Shown here: positions 17,691-33,721 of the stretch, in pieces
Numbering within the stretch: position 1 is the stretch's first letter
How the letters are laid out: every line of letters starts with the position of its first letter
DNA from: the human T2T-CHM13v2.0 reference genome, Homo sapiens
Length of the DNA stretch: 64,000 bases
NCBI RefSeq assembly: GCF_009914755.1
Contig: NC_060929.1
Reading direction: 5' to 3' (one strand)
Position numbers and translations under genes: made by a program
Notes under the pieces: generated by a model
Databases searched by the model: none
Told to the model about the DNA's origin: nothing
Seen by the model: the letters and a program-made list of their open reading frames with translations, nothing else

Positions 17691-18313
17691 ATTTTTTTAA
17701 TAAAAATACAGATTAGCACATAAGAAACTATATCACCTGTAATTCTGCCCCAAATAATTACTGTTAACATTTGACAAATGCTAACTTTATAAAAACCTAA
17801 AATATACGTGTGTTTTTAAAGCAAGACCATACTGTATCTAATGTTCAGTAACCTTCACTGGATATTTTATGACATCGGGTTTTTTTCATCTTTACATATT
17901 TGCAGCACAATTCCTAATGGCTACAGAGAAATCCCTTGGGTGGACATGCTACAGTGTGTGTAGCCAGCACCATGTTGGAGGAAGCAGAGGGTTTTGTTTC
18001 AGGGTGGAGGGGTGAGGGAGTTGGCTGTTATAAACAGTGCTTTGAAGAACATGCATGTAACCAGGCCTCTGCAGATAACCACGGGGACTCTTAGGAGAGA
18101 CGATTTTAACTGCAAGGAGAGTCGTTTGGTGCCGGTGCTCTGGCCCATTGCTCAGGAGTGGCAGCCCGACCAGTTGGGAGGGGAGGGGATGAGGAAGCCT
18201 GGGGTCACCCCCAGAGCAGCCATTTGAGCTCCCTGAGCCTTGTCAAATGACATAATGACATCTCCTGCCTGGGAGGCTTGGAGAGGGAAGTAAACAAGCT
18301 TCTACCTCTGTAA

Positions 18314-18748
<435 letters not shown>

Positions 18749-19968
18749 TGAGGAAGAGTAATCTGGGGACACAGCCTCCTGGCCAAGCAAGCCCTGCAGC
18801 ACTCGAGTCCCTCATGAGATTTTCCAGCGTAGTGGGGCTTTTGATTTTTTTTCTTCCAGTTTTGAAATGCCATGAACAAAAGTTGCCCTTTTTTGGTGTT
18901 TGTAATAGTGACTTCAGCATTCTTCCAAGCCTTTACCATCTTCAGTGCATTTTTATTTGGTCCTTGCCTGAATCTAAAAGCTGGGCATTTTAGGGTTAAT
19001 GGCTGGTGCATTGTTTAGATCATAAAACTTAGCACACATCCCCACCCCAAGGGCTGCGATGTGACCAGCATTCAGCAAGGCCGGAACCCGGGTCTTCTGA
19101 GACCCAGTTCATTGCTCTTTGGGCCATATCAGTCTGGTTTCCCATCCCACTGAGAGGATGAAGTCCATGACACACTCTGACCTCTCTTCCTGAGGGGTGG
19201 GCTAAGGGGGTGTTGGGGGGCGGTGGGGCTGGTGTGCCACCCACTCCCTGGGCTCATCACAAGCTCCAGGTCAAAAACTTCTGGGAACATGGGTGTCGGA
19301 TGGGAAGTCAGGCTGTGGTCACTGCATCCATGAGCATCGGTTCCTGCCAGGCCCTAGGGATACTGCAGGAACCAAGACAGGGACAAGGAATTCCCAGGCC
19401 AGTCAGGGAGTGGTGAGGGGCAGCGATTAAACAAGGAAACCCACATATAAATAAAAAGTATTCACCAGCTGGTAGGAGAGGAAACAATAAAAACTAGAGA
19501 ATAGTGGGGTGACCTGCTATATGAAGGCCTCCTGAGACAGCGATGCTTAAGCAGAAAAAGCAGCCAGTCACAGGATGAGCTGGGCCACCCTCCAGGCAGG
19601 GAAACTGCAGGTACCAGGTCTTCGGGGGAAGCGCTTGGGAATGAGGGAAACTGAGAGGTGGGGACAGCTGGATGAGGAGCTGGGGGAGAGGAGATGAGCC
19701 AGGCCGTGGCAAGAGCCACGCCACATTTGAAGGCTCTCAGCAAGGGGTCATGCCCAATTTCCATGCCCACCACTCTCCCTGACTGCTAGTGGTTATAAGA
19801 AGTAGAGATGGGGGTCCACCAGGTTGGAGATTATCCCCAGTGAAGGTGCAGATTGAGTAGTGGGGCCTAAGCTGCTTCCCTGCCCTGGGCTGGGAACTGT
19901 CCCTTGCTCCTTGAGAACAATGTGATTCGCTCATAACCTGAAGCCTGCCACCAGTTTTGCCCCTTTGA

Positions 19969-20238
<270 letters not shown>

Positions 20239-20498
20239 TAGAAGGTGCAGGCGTGGCCCTGCATCGCGGCACCAGCACTCATCTGCCCCATGACCTCTGC
20301 ACTTGGTTTGCCTCCCTCGGCCTCAGTGGCCTAATCTGTAAGAAGGAATTACAGTACCTTTCGTAGTTGGAAGGATCAAATGAGGCTGCATGTGTGCCCC
20401 ATCTAACACAGTTCCTGGCCCTACTGAAGTGTTCAGGAAGGACCAGGTCTTACTTGCCCTAATTTTTCCTTCCATTCCTTCTCCTTTCACCGAATTAG

Positions 20499-20870
<372 letters not shown>

Positions 20871-21249
20871 TGAGGAAGTCAATCCAAATGATTTCAGAGA
20901 CCTGACTTTGCTGTTTGACCACTCTCAGCTTTTTGGTATCAGACTCCCTTCACTGGCTCCCAAAAACTCCAGGGCCATGTTTCTGGAACAGTGGAAAGCA
21001 GGGAAATAGAAATGGGGCCTCAGGAATTAGAAATAAGGCTTTGGCATTCAAATGTCGCACCTAGCATGCTGTGACTAGCGATAAGTGTGCAAGGAGTGTT
21101 GAAGCAGTAGGAAGACTTGTGGTGAGGCGGGGCAGGGGATGGGGGTGAGGGACCTGCAGAGAGACCAGGGCCTTCCTGAAGGGCTCTGCCCTTCCCGGCT
21201 GGCAGGGGCCACCTGGGGCTACCAACAGGATACTGTGCTTCTCCAGTAG

Positions 21250-21332
21250 GTCCCACCCGCTCCAGGACAGAGACCCTGGTGGAGGAGACCGCAGCAGAGT
21301 CCAGCGAGGATGATGTGGTGGCGCCATCCCAG
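21250..21332 (+). CDS. TCOF1: TCOF1 exon 21, 83 nt (NAGNAG acceptor; alternative start 21247 adds Val)
   Basis: ctccagtag|GTCCC...TCCCAG|gtaact; (G)[12 protein letters not shown]...VVAPSQ, ending in an SQ motif. Confidence 0.92.
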
Positions 21333-21814
21333 GTAACTGCAAGGGAGAGGACTGGCAGCCCATAGGCCTTAGGGTGGAGCCCCAGGCCAGGCTCCTGTCT
21401 ACCCGATCCCTCAGGTCAGGGGTCTGGGTCCCCTCTCTTCACAGAGGCCTTGGGCAAGGTCCTGTCTGCAAGGCACCACGTGTGGCCCAGCCAGCAGACC
21501 ACAGCCAGGCTGCCTCCGTCCCCTCATAGAGCCCTGAGTAGCTGACCCTTGGGGTCTGTAGAAGGGATTGACCTTGATTCTGGGTGATGTCCGGACAAAA
21601 ACATTCTTTAGCAGATTTATTTTAAGGTTACTATCTGTATGTGGCAAAAGCTAGTAATTTTCCATTTGTATTAATAAGAAATTTCCTTTTTAAATGTGCC
21701 TGTCTAGAAAGTGTATTAATTAAAATAGTTCAGGAGGCACACGCCAAGGGCTGAAGTGCTGCTCTGTGCCTTGTTGTCCACCCACTCTGCACTGATAGGG
21801 CAGGGTGATCCTAG

Positions 21815-22120
<306 letters not shown>

Positions 22121-22272
22121 TAGCAGGACACAGAGGGACAGGGCAGTGGGCCCCTTCTTGCCCTCCTGTAGCAACAGTCCTCCCAACATGGTCCTGTCTG
22201 CCCCCAGAGCCTCTCCAAGTGAGACCTTGTGGCCTTGCATTGGACCTGAAGATGCTCATCAAAGTGCAGGTG

Positions 22273-23526
<1,254 letters not shown>

Positions 23527-24771
23527 CTAACTGCCCTCCCCAGCTTCCCTCTCCATTGGCTCCTGCCATCTTGAAGAATCCCCAGAGGATGGAATTGGGC
23601 CTCCAGCCGTCCCGGGGGCCCCTCTGCCTAACCTGGCCTGCCCTGCCCAGTCCACCTCCCCCAGCCCACCGCAGCTCTAGAGCCAAAAGTCGCCAGAAAT
23701 CCTGGTTGGGGCTGAGGGGCCAAGCTCACTGCATGCTGCAGGGGGCAGCCCTAGCCTCAGTGTGACATGAGTACCACATAGAGTGTGACATGGAGTATCC
23801 ACCTGGGCCTTCCTCCAGGCAAACACCTCCAGGACCAAACCACCAAGCCACCTTTCAGAGCCCAGCATGCAGGAGTGTTGTGCCCATGAGACCCAGAATG
23901 GGGCAGAGACCTCCAAGTCACTTGGAAGTTAGAGCCGGTGAGGAGACCCAGTCATGGGGCTTTCAGCTGCAGCTTGCCCCAGGCTGGGTCGGAAGAGGAA
24001 TTGCTGCTCACTTTCTTCCCCAACATTCTCTGTGAGAGGCGGTGCGACAAGGAGACATTTTAGAGGGGGCTGTGGAAGGTTTTTTTTTTTTTACACGTGT
24101 AGTCAGCACACAATTATCAAAGGCAAGCAGAGGCGTGGAAAATTCTAAACAAAGGCTGCACCAGAAGTCTCTCTGGCAGGCAGTAAACCTGCTTAGTCAG
24201 CCACCACGTGTATATACACTGCACCCAGAGCTCCCCACCTTGCCTGGACCCCCTGACCAGGAAGGGCCGAGTGTGGGTAATCATCAGTTGAATGTCTGCA
24301 TGGCCCCCACTTTTATTATAAATCTACAATGTATCATAGGAAGCCTTACTGTTCATCCACCCCTCACGTTATAGACAGGGAAACCAAGGCCCTGGGAGGA
24401 GATGGGTCCTGGCCAGAATCACACTGAAAGTGGGTGGGAAAGTCAGACCTAGAACCCAGGTCTCCTTCCTCCCAGCTCCAGACTCCATCTCCCTCCTTTC
24501 TGAATTTTCATTCCATTGATAGATTTCAGGCCCTTTCATTAACATTCTGGAGTCATTTTCTGTCCCCCACCCTAACTGGAGTTTTTAGTATAAAGAGACA
24601 GGGAAAAGCTGTAAGTTAGAAATGAAGTCAGGGTGTGAAATTGGTGGAAAGGTGTGAGCTTAGGAGACCAGCTGGGGCAGAGTGACCGCCAAGCCTTGCT
24701 CTCCCCATCTGTGCCATTGTAAGAAAAGATGGAGTCACTCCCTGCACCCTCTTCGCTCTTAGGTACCATAA

Positions 24772-25389
<618 letters not shown>

Positions 25390-25497
25390 TGACCGCTTCT
25401 CCCAGCCCACCCCAAGGGCTGCTGGGCACCCCACGGGGGCGGGAGGGACCCTCAGCCAGCACCTGGTCTCATTCCTCCCATGTAGAAAAGAGAGGCT

Positions 25498-25715
25498 GAG
25501 ACCAGCCTGGCCAACATGGCAAAACCCCGTCTCTACTAAAAATACAAAAAATTAGCTGGATGTGGTGGCGGGCACCTGTAATCTCAGCTACATGGGAGGC
25601 TGAGGCAGGAGAATTGTTTGAACCCGGGAGGCAGAGCTTGCAGTGAGCCGAGATCACGCATTGCACTCCAGCCTGGGTGACAGAGCAAGACTGTCAAAAA
25701 AAAAAAAAAAAAAAA
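25498..25715 (+). mobile_element. 5'-truncated Alu with TSD AGGCTGAGA
   Basis: Begins mid left arm (GAGACCAGCC); AGGCTGAGA also follows the A tail. Confidence 0.85.
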
Positions 25716-26403
25716 GGCTGAGAAGTGGTTTGTCCAGAGTCACAGGGGCAGCTTGTGGCAAAGCCCGAACTCGATTCCAGAGCACTTGAGTCAGCACTGC
25801 CAGGAATGCTCCAGAAGGACGAGGAGTCATGTCCTCTTTCCCCAAGCCCAGTGCAGCAGATCTTGGAGGAACCTGCTTCTCCAGCCAGCTCCTGGGTGCA
25901 GAATGGACCAGGAACCAGACTGTCAGAATCCTCATCCCAAACCCCATCTTGTCTCTAGACCTCAGTTTTCCCTCCATAGTAACACTGGCCCTTTACTGAG
26001 TGCTGTTCTAGACTCCGCATGCAGCAGGACCTCATTTAGGTAGAAATGAGACTCAGCAGGTAGAAAACTGCGGCTCGGGCTCGGAGAAGTAGAGATGCTG
26101 TTCAGGGCCACAGAGTTTTGCTAGGTGGAGCCAGAGTCAAACCTAGGCAGCACTCTCGAGCATCGCCCTGGACGGTGGGTTGCCAGTGACGCCCGAAGAG
26201 CCAGCTCGTTCTGGAACAAAAGTCGGGCACCCTCAGAGCAGGACTTGCAGCCCCTTGGTGCTCAGAACTGTGCTAGATTTCCATTTACAGTAGGGATAGA
26301 TAGTGTCCATTTAAAATAAATTTGCGGGAGTTTTAAAAAGTGAGTTGAGCTAAAGAAAAATGGTAGTCATCCAGGTGGTCCATGGATGGGACAGAAATCA
26401 TGA

Positions 26404-26835
<432 letters not shown>

Positions 26836-26894
26836 TGACCCCAGCACTTAGGATTACCATCTGTTGTTCAGGAACTTTACTTTACTTCCCTTAG

Positions 26895-26992
26895 GAAAAA
26901 AAGACAAAGAAAAAAAAGAAAAGAAGAAGAAAGCAAAAAAGGCCTCAACCAAAGATTCTGAGTCACCGTCCCAGAAGAAAAAGAAGAAAAAG
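26895..26992 (+). CDS. TCOF1: TCOF1 exon 24, 98 nt, lysine-rich nucleolar signal
   Basis: ccttag|GAAAA...AAAAAG|gtagag; (R)[32 protein letters not shown]. Confidence 0.95.
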
Positions 26993-27562
26993 GTAGAGAG
27001 TTCCTGGGGTGTCTCAGGCCAGAAAACAGACCCAAACCCAAGCCCCCTCCTACACACCCAGACCTGGTTCCTGCCCCCTTCCCATTTTCGGGGCCCAGTC
27101 GGGGGCGTCAGGGGTTGTGACACACCAGGGAAGAGGCTGGCAGGGCATGTTCCCTGAGCACATGGAAGCCGTAGAAGTGGCCTGCCGGAGGTAGAAGGGT
27201 GTTGGGGAAGGAAGGAGAGACTCCCCCCAGCACAGGGAAACCAGGTAGACTGTGGCAGGTTTCCAGGTGAAAGGAAACGTTGCCTGGGCTGCGTGTGCCC
27301 CAGCTGGCAGGCTAGCCCTGAACAACAGCTGTCCTCACGGCGCGGGGCCTTAGCACCTCAGACACAGATGAAGTTCTCACCTTGGCCAGCAGGGCCTCAG
27401 CTGTATTTAGGAGAGCTGAACATCTGTTTGCCTCTGCCCTTGGAGGTCGCTGCAGACCCAGTATCTATTCTAGGGGAATTCACTAGTCCTCAGGAGGTGG
27501 GGGCAGCAGTGGGTGGGGAAAAGCTGCAGGTCTGAGAGCCTCTCGTACTTCCCTCCTCACAG

Positions 27563-27589
27563 AAGAAGACAGCAGAGCAGACTGTATGA
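27563..27589 (+). CDS. TCOF1: TCOF1 last coding exon, KKTAEQTV* (exon continues to 27611)
   Basis: ctcacag|AAGAAGACAGCAGAGCAGACTGTATGA; donor CAG|gtacgc after 27611. Confidence 0.93.
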   Translation, partial: KKTAEQTV

Positions 27590-28350
27590 CGAGCACCAGC
27601 ACCAGGCACAGGTACGCTTCCCAATCATTCCTGAGCATTCAGGGTGGGAGGACAGCTCTGGTGTCCCCTGTGGTCCCAGAGAGCCAGGCAGACCTGATAG
27701 GTGGGCTCTAAGGGGAAAGGAGGCTGGGGAAAGAGGTTCTGTTGCCAAGGGTCCATGGGGCCACTGGGGTGACATCAGGAGCTGGCACTGCAGCATCAGA
27801 AGGATCCAGAACAGTAATGGCAGTGGTGACACCGAGTGCACCTGGGTGCAGGGGTTGTGCATGCTTTAGGGGGTGTGCCCTGGGATGGAGCCTGTTTGTA
27901 GGTGAGGTCGGATACAGCTTGGTTCCTCCTTCACTTGTGAGCGGTTCATTTTCCTCATGATCCTGTAACTTGGGGGCATTTCCTTTTGGGAAGGAAGATG
28001 GTTTACTCAAGATGAGCTATCACCATGGATCTATGCTTCCCTATGGAGGACAGGCCCTGCCAAGTGGTGGTGACAGTTAGCTGCTCCACCTGGCTCTGCT
28101 GGCCCTGTGGTCACCCAGCCTCCTGTAAATGGGGGTGATGCAGAGCCCGCCTCCTGGGCCAGTGGTGAGGCTTATGTGAAGCTAAACTAAACACTAAAGG
28201 ACTCAGCCCAGTTCTCAGAACATTCCAAGTGCTAAAAAATGTCCACTGTGGTTAATGCCTCCCCCCTGCATTGGAGATGCCAGATTTCATTTTCCTTGCA
28301 GGGGAAAAGGGTCAGGAAATTTGACATCTGCATGTGTTTCTTTCCCCTAG

Positions 28351-28835
28351 GGATTTCCTAGCCGAGCAGTGGCCATCCCCATGCCTCTGACCTCCACCGA
28401 CCTCTGCCCACCATGGGTTGGAACTAAACTGTTACCTTCCCTCGCTCCACAGAAGAAGACAGCCAGCTTCAGGGGTCCCTGTGCTGGCCAAGCCAGTGAG
28501 CCTGCGGGGAGGCTGGTCCAAGGAGAAAGTGGACCAGCTCCCATGACCTCACCCCACTCCCCCAACACAGGACGCTTCATATAGATGTGTACAGTATATG
28601 TATTTTTTTAAGTGACCTCCTCTCCTTCCACAGACCCCACATGCCCAAAGGCCTCGGGACTTCCCACCACCTTGCTCCACAGATCCAGCTAGGCCTGACC
28701 TGTGCCTCATCCCGTGCCGCTCGGTCTCTGGCTGATCCCGAGGCTTTGTCTTCCTCTCGTCAGTTCTTTTGGTTGTGTTTTTTGTTTTTTTTTTAATAAC
28801 TCAAAAAAAAAATAAAAGACTTGGAGGAAGGGTGC
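28351..28835 (+). other. TCOF1: TCOF1 non-coding terminal exon (3'UTR); end approximate
   Basis: Acceptor tttctttcccctag|GG; AATAAA at 28811-28816. Confidence 0.8.
28811..28816 (+). terminator. TCOF1: TCOF1 polyadenylation signal AATAAA
   Basis: Canonical hexamer after a U-rich stretch at the end of the last exon. Confidence 0.8.
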
Positions 28836-30194
28836 AAGCTCCCAGTGCATCTGGGGCACATGTTTCTTGGAAGGGACTGTCTCGCCGACACTCGGGATTC
28901 CCTCTTGCCTGCATGTTGAGGCTATGGGTGACCGTGGTTAGTGGGACAGGCAGTGAGCAGTGAAGTGCCTGAGTGCCGAATTGGTGGGGAAGGCTTCCTG
29001 GATGAGGTGGCATCTAAACTAAAGGATGGAACTAAAGGATGGTCATGGTTGATTTCCTGTTGCCAGAGTAAGTCATGTAAATACCCAAAGACAAGAAATG
29101 GAAGGGGCTGAGAATCCTCGAGTTAGGCCTCGAGCTAGGGGCAGGCTCCCTGGAGGTGCCTGGTGAACAGCTGTGGCAGGCACAGCAGGTCTAGGAAAAT
29201 CGGAAGTGAGTTGCCCCTCAAATCGAGCTCACCATGGTTCTGTGGTGGTGAGGGCAAGAAGTGGATGAACATGAAAGACAGGATGATGTCTTGGGTGTGG
29301 ACTGAGGGAGGGGAGGGATAGCAAAGGAGGTGGTCTGCTGCTCCAGCCTGGAAATGCAGAAGCCCACTTCCCTGGGCCCAGAGCCATGTGGAACACCAGG
29401 GGTCCTGGAGATGGTCTCCAGAGCTTTTAGCCTCATGCTGGAAACAGCCAGAGGCAGTGCAGAAAAGGAATGCATGGCTGGAGGTGTCGGAGACCCAGGT
29501 TGGCATCCAGCTGCACCCTTGACTCGGGGCCCGGGGCCAGACCCTCCACCATCTGGCCTCTCTCCTCTCAAGCATGTTGCTCTAGAACAGAACTACAGAG
29601 TAGTGTCCTCATTGGGCCTTGTTGACCCACAGCAAGACTTTAAACTTAAAAATGGGGTGATTTCACTGCAGTTCTTGATTTCTGGCTCCTCTTAAAAAGA
29701 TAACATCTGGCAACGGGGGCTGTGCTTCCTCCTGGCAGCAACCAGATAGAGCTGAGTAGCAGTCAGCCCCTTAGGTAAGGCATGGGCACCCAGTTCTCCA
29801 CAGTCCCCTACTTCCTGTCCATCCTGACACGGAGGCCCTATGTCGGTTGCCATCTGTCATCACATTCACACTGTTCTTAGTATAGAAATGAAATTGGGGA
29901 CATAGGAAAATGAAAGCTGTACCAAGAAGAGCTTGTGCTTAAACTAGGCAAGAGCCTATTTCTTTTTGGAAGTAGAGTGTTCGTGTGTGTTAAACATGTA
30001 ATCAAGTATGTCTGTGTCCAAAGACTACAAGCCCCCCCCCAGGCCTGCCTGGCCCCGCAGGCATCTCTGTGGGTTACTTGGGCTGCGTTCTCCCACCTCA
30101 GTGACTGGATTTAGCGTCTTTAGTTACCTCTTTAGGATAAATGAACTGGATCTCAACAGAAGAGCCAGGAGCCAGAGTGTTCTAATTACTACCT

Positions 30195-30200
30195 TTTATT
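30195..30200 (-). terminator. CD74: CD74 polyadenylation signal AATAAA
   Basis: TTTATT on + strand, ~580 nt past the CD74 stop. Confidence 0.8.
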
Positions 30201-30780
30201 CTAATGTGAACCATGGCCCTGAAAGCTGATAACAAGCTTGGCTGAGCAGAGGGAACTAGGGGTCGGCAGAAAGGATTATGGGTGGAAAACATTGGCTCTT
30301 CCTTGGGGAGTGATGCTGGGGAAAGGGAAGAGAGTGGCTCAGCCTGCAGGTAAATAGGCTAGAAAAGCCAAGGCCAAAGGCTGGAGGGGAGAGGACAGTC
30401 AGCATGTCCAGCCTGGGGTCTGGGTGTAGGGTTATCCCTTCTCCCTGTGCCTTCCCATCTCGTCCATGAGCCTAGGTCTTGGAGCCTTGTGTTGGAGGCT
30501 GCTGTGATGTCAGGAACGGGGATCTGTCTAGCTTTTGGCCACTTCCTGGGACCTCACGCCCCTGTTGACAGATGGAGATTGGGCAGCAGGGCCTTGCTGC
30601 ATTGTTATCTGCTGTTCCGACTTGGTTTGTCTTGTCCAAGGGTGACGAAAGAGCCAGGCACCAGGGTCTCATGGGATGAGGTACAGGGTGGGAGATGGGG
30701 GAGGGGCTGGGGGCTGAAGGGAGCAAGAAAGCTGTAGCTGTGTGGGGCTGGCAGGATGTTGAAGACCGCCTCTGCTGCTC

Positions 30781-30791
30781 TCACATGGGGA
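30781..30791 (-). CDS. CD74: CD74 exon 8 coding part, (V)PM*
   Basis: Minus strand ctctccag|TCCCCATGTGA. Confidence 0.9.
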
Positions 30792-31103
30792 CTGGAGAGA
30801 GAAGCAGCAGGTTGAGGTTGGGGTCACCCATTTGTTGTCCCTGCCCCTTTCTAACATCCTGGACCTGCAGAGCAGTTAAGGACTGTCCACCCTCCCCTGC
30901 CCCCTGCTCAGGTCCAATAATGACCATCATGGATTTGTGTAACTCCCCACAGCCCCCCAACCCTGTTCCTTCGTCTGTGAAATGGACATCCCAGGAATGT
31001 TGGAGAGTGGCCCAGCGTCACACTCCTTCACCTGCCCACAAAGGAGCTGGCCCTGCTGGGGATGAGCTGCTGGTGACCAGATGCCCCTCTGCAAGGCCCT
31101 TAC

Positions 31104-31166
31104 CTGGGCCCAGATCCTGCTTGGTCACACCCAGCCCAGAAGACGGGTCCTCCAGTTCCAGTGACT
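31104..31166 (-). CDS. CD74: CD74 exon 7, 63 nt
   Basis: gcag|AGTCA...CCAG|gtaagg; (E)[20 protein letters not shown]. Confidence 0.93.
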
Positions 31167-31661
31167 CTGCAAAGGAGCAGCAAGTCCGTTTGTCACTTGA
31201 AGTGCAGCCTACCTGACCCAAGATGCCTGAGGGCAGTGCTTCCCACCTAGCCACAGGCTTAGTGCCTGGGAAAGCAGGTACCCAGGGAAGGACAGCTGCA
31301 AGCAGCAACAAAGAGGTGTAATGGGGGCTCGAGTGAGAAGGGGGTGATGAAATGAGATGGGTGGGTCTGTAGGACTCCTGGATGCTAGAGGATGGCGCGT
31401 GGATGGATGAAATTCACAGATGAAAGGACTGACGGATAAGTGAACAAATATGAGTGCATGTAAGAGGAGAGATGATAAATGGACAAATAGGAATGCACAG
31501 GTGGGTGGATGGATAAAGGGCTGGACGCATGACTACGTCACTGCCCCCAGGAGCTGCCATCCTGGGTGTCCTGGTCCCATGTGCTTCAGAGGGGACCTCT
31601 TGCCCCTCAACCTTCCTAGTCCTTCCTGGTCCTCTGACACTGGCACAGTGCCACTGCTTAC

Positions 31662-31853
31662 CACTGCAGTTATGGTGCCCGCGGCTTCTGGTGTTGGGGA
31701 CCTCCGTGCCGTTGGGGAAGACACACCAGCAGTAGCCGATGCTCCCATAGCACTGGAGTGGCAGATAGTTGCCGTTCTCGTCGCACTTGGGCCTGAATGA
31801 ACCCGGGTGGACAGCAGGGATGTGGCTGACCTCTTCCTGGCACTTGGTCAGTA
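31662..31853 (-). CDS. CD74: CD74 alternative exon 6b (p41/p43), thyroglobulin type-1 domain, 192 nt
   Basis: LTKCQEE...[30 protein letters not shown]...HNCS with the QC/CWCV motif; phase 1-1. Confidence 0.95.
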
Positions 31854-32035
31854 CTGAAGCGACAGGCATGATGAGGACACAGTGAGTGAGTGAGCTCTGA
31901 ACCAGGGTCTGAGCAGAGCTAAAGACCCACACACCACTGCTGTGGGCTTAATGCCTTCTTCCCAAGTGGCTTTACTCACTCCAGCCATCACACGGATGGG
32001 AAAACTGAGGCCTAGACCAACAAGGTCTGAGATCA

Positions 32036-32425
<390 letters not shown>

Positions 32426-33220
32426 ACCATTACAGTTTGGAATTGCACTTGCGATTCTGATTCTAGAGAAAAGCAATGGGCACCTTGGTAAGTCTAAGCT
32501 TCCTGTTACTGGGAGTTCTCAAGTAGAAATGGGGTTTACCGTTTGTTGGAGATGTCTTAGAGGGGTTTAAGCATCAGCTAGGAGTTGGAGATAGCATGTA
32601 AGGTGCCTTCTATGAATCTGATGCAGAAACTGAGGCCCCAGGCAGGGTGGCCCTTTGACCTTCTACTTCAGGACCCTGAATCCTAGAGGGAAGGGGACTT
32701 GTCCAAAGTTACATAGCAAATTAGAGACAGCACCGGGATAGAAACAGCACTCTGTCTTTGGGTCTAAAAACATCCTAGTCTGCATTGTCCATGAGGTGGG
32801 AAACGCCCAAGGCTCTCTTGGCAGCAGCTGTGACCTTGGCGCCCTCACTGGATTGCGGGCAGCACTGGGGCAAGGTCATTACAAGGATTCCTTTCTGCAG
32901 TGTTTCGGGCAGGTTCTACCCCAGGCACCCTGTGCTGTACCATCCTCTATGAGAGAGGTCACCTGTACCCTGTGGTGACAGGCCTCTGTGGGCCCTTAGG
33001 AACCCTTAGACAAGATGGGGGTGGGTCAGGGGAGGGGGACAGCCAAACCAAGAAGGAACAGACAGGAGAGAGAGAGAAGTGAGAAAGAAGTGAGAGCTGA
33101 GAGGATGGGAGATTCCGCGGTGCTGGGACCAGGGAGTGCTGGAGGCCCCGGCCTCAGCAGCTTCAGGAGAGCCCCGAGGGTCCAGAAGCCCTGGCACGCT
33201 AAAGCTCCCACTCCCTGTAC

Positions 33221-33308
33221 CTTTCGGTGGAGCGTCAGTGGGCTTTTGCTCCAAGGAGTGCCTGCTCATTTCAAACAGGAGCCAATGGTGCATCCAGCTC
33301 TCAAAGAC
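33221..33308 (-). CDS. CD74: CD74 exon 6, 88 nt
   Basis: tag|GTCTTT...AAAG|gtacag; [29 protein letters not shown]. Confidence 0.95.
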
Positions 33309-33625
33309 CTAATACGGATAGAGGTGGAGGTCAGGTTCGATGGCCACCACCAAGCCCCTACACTGCCTGGCTTTGCCCCTGGGGACAGAAACATGCAGGG
33401 CCAAATAGGGCCCCAACACCCGGGTCCAGCTGCAGCCTGGTTCCCTCTTAAAGACCCCTGGGGCTGAACCCCACATACTCTGCAGCATCCAGGTTTTGGA
33501 AGTGCTGGTAAACCCCTTCAGCTTCCTGAGAATGGCTTCCCCAGCCCACCCTCACCCCACCTCTCCTAGCCCTGCCCTAGACACCAGAGGAAAGAGAGAG
33601 TTCCCATGCAGGGAAACCTGCTGAC

Positions 33626-33721
33626 CTTCCAGTCTATGGTCTCCATGGTGTTCTTAAGGTGTCTCAGGTTCTCCGGGAAGCTCCCCTTCAGTGGCGGGTA
33701 CACCTTCAGGGGGTCAGCATT
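33626..33721 (-). CDS. CD74: CD74 exon 5, 96 nt
   Basis: tag|AATGCT...TGGAAG|gtcagc; [32 protein letters not shown]. Confidence 0.95.

Noticed and set aside
29020-29045. Short tandem duplications (AACTAAAGGATGG x2; also GATTAGGAATCAGAA x2 near 49317)
   Set aside because: Ordinary slippage products with no functional context
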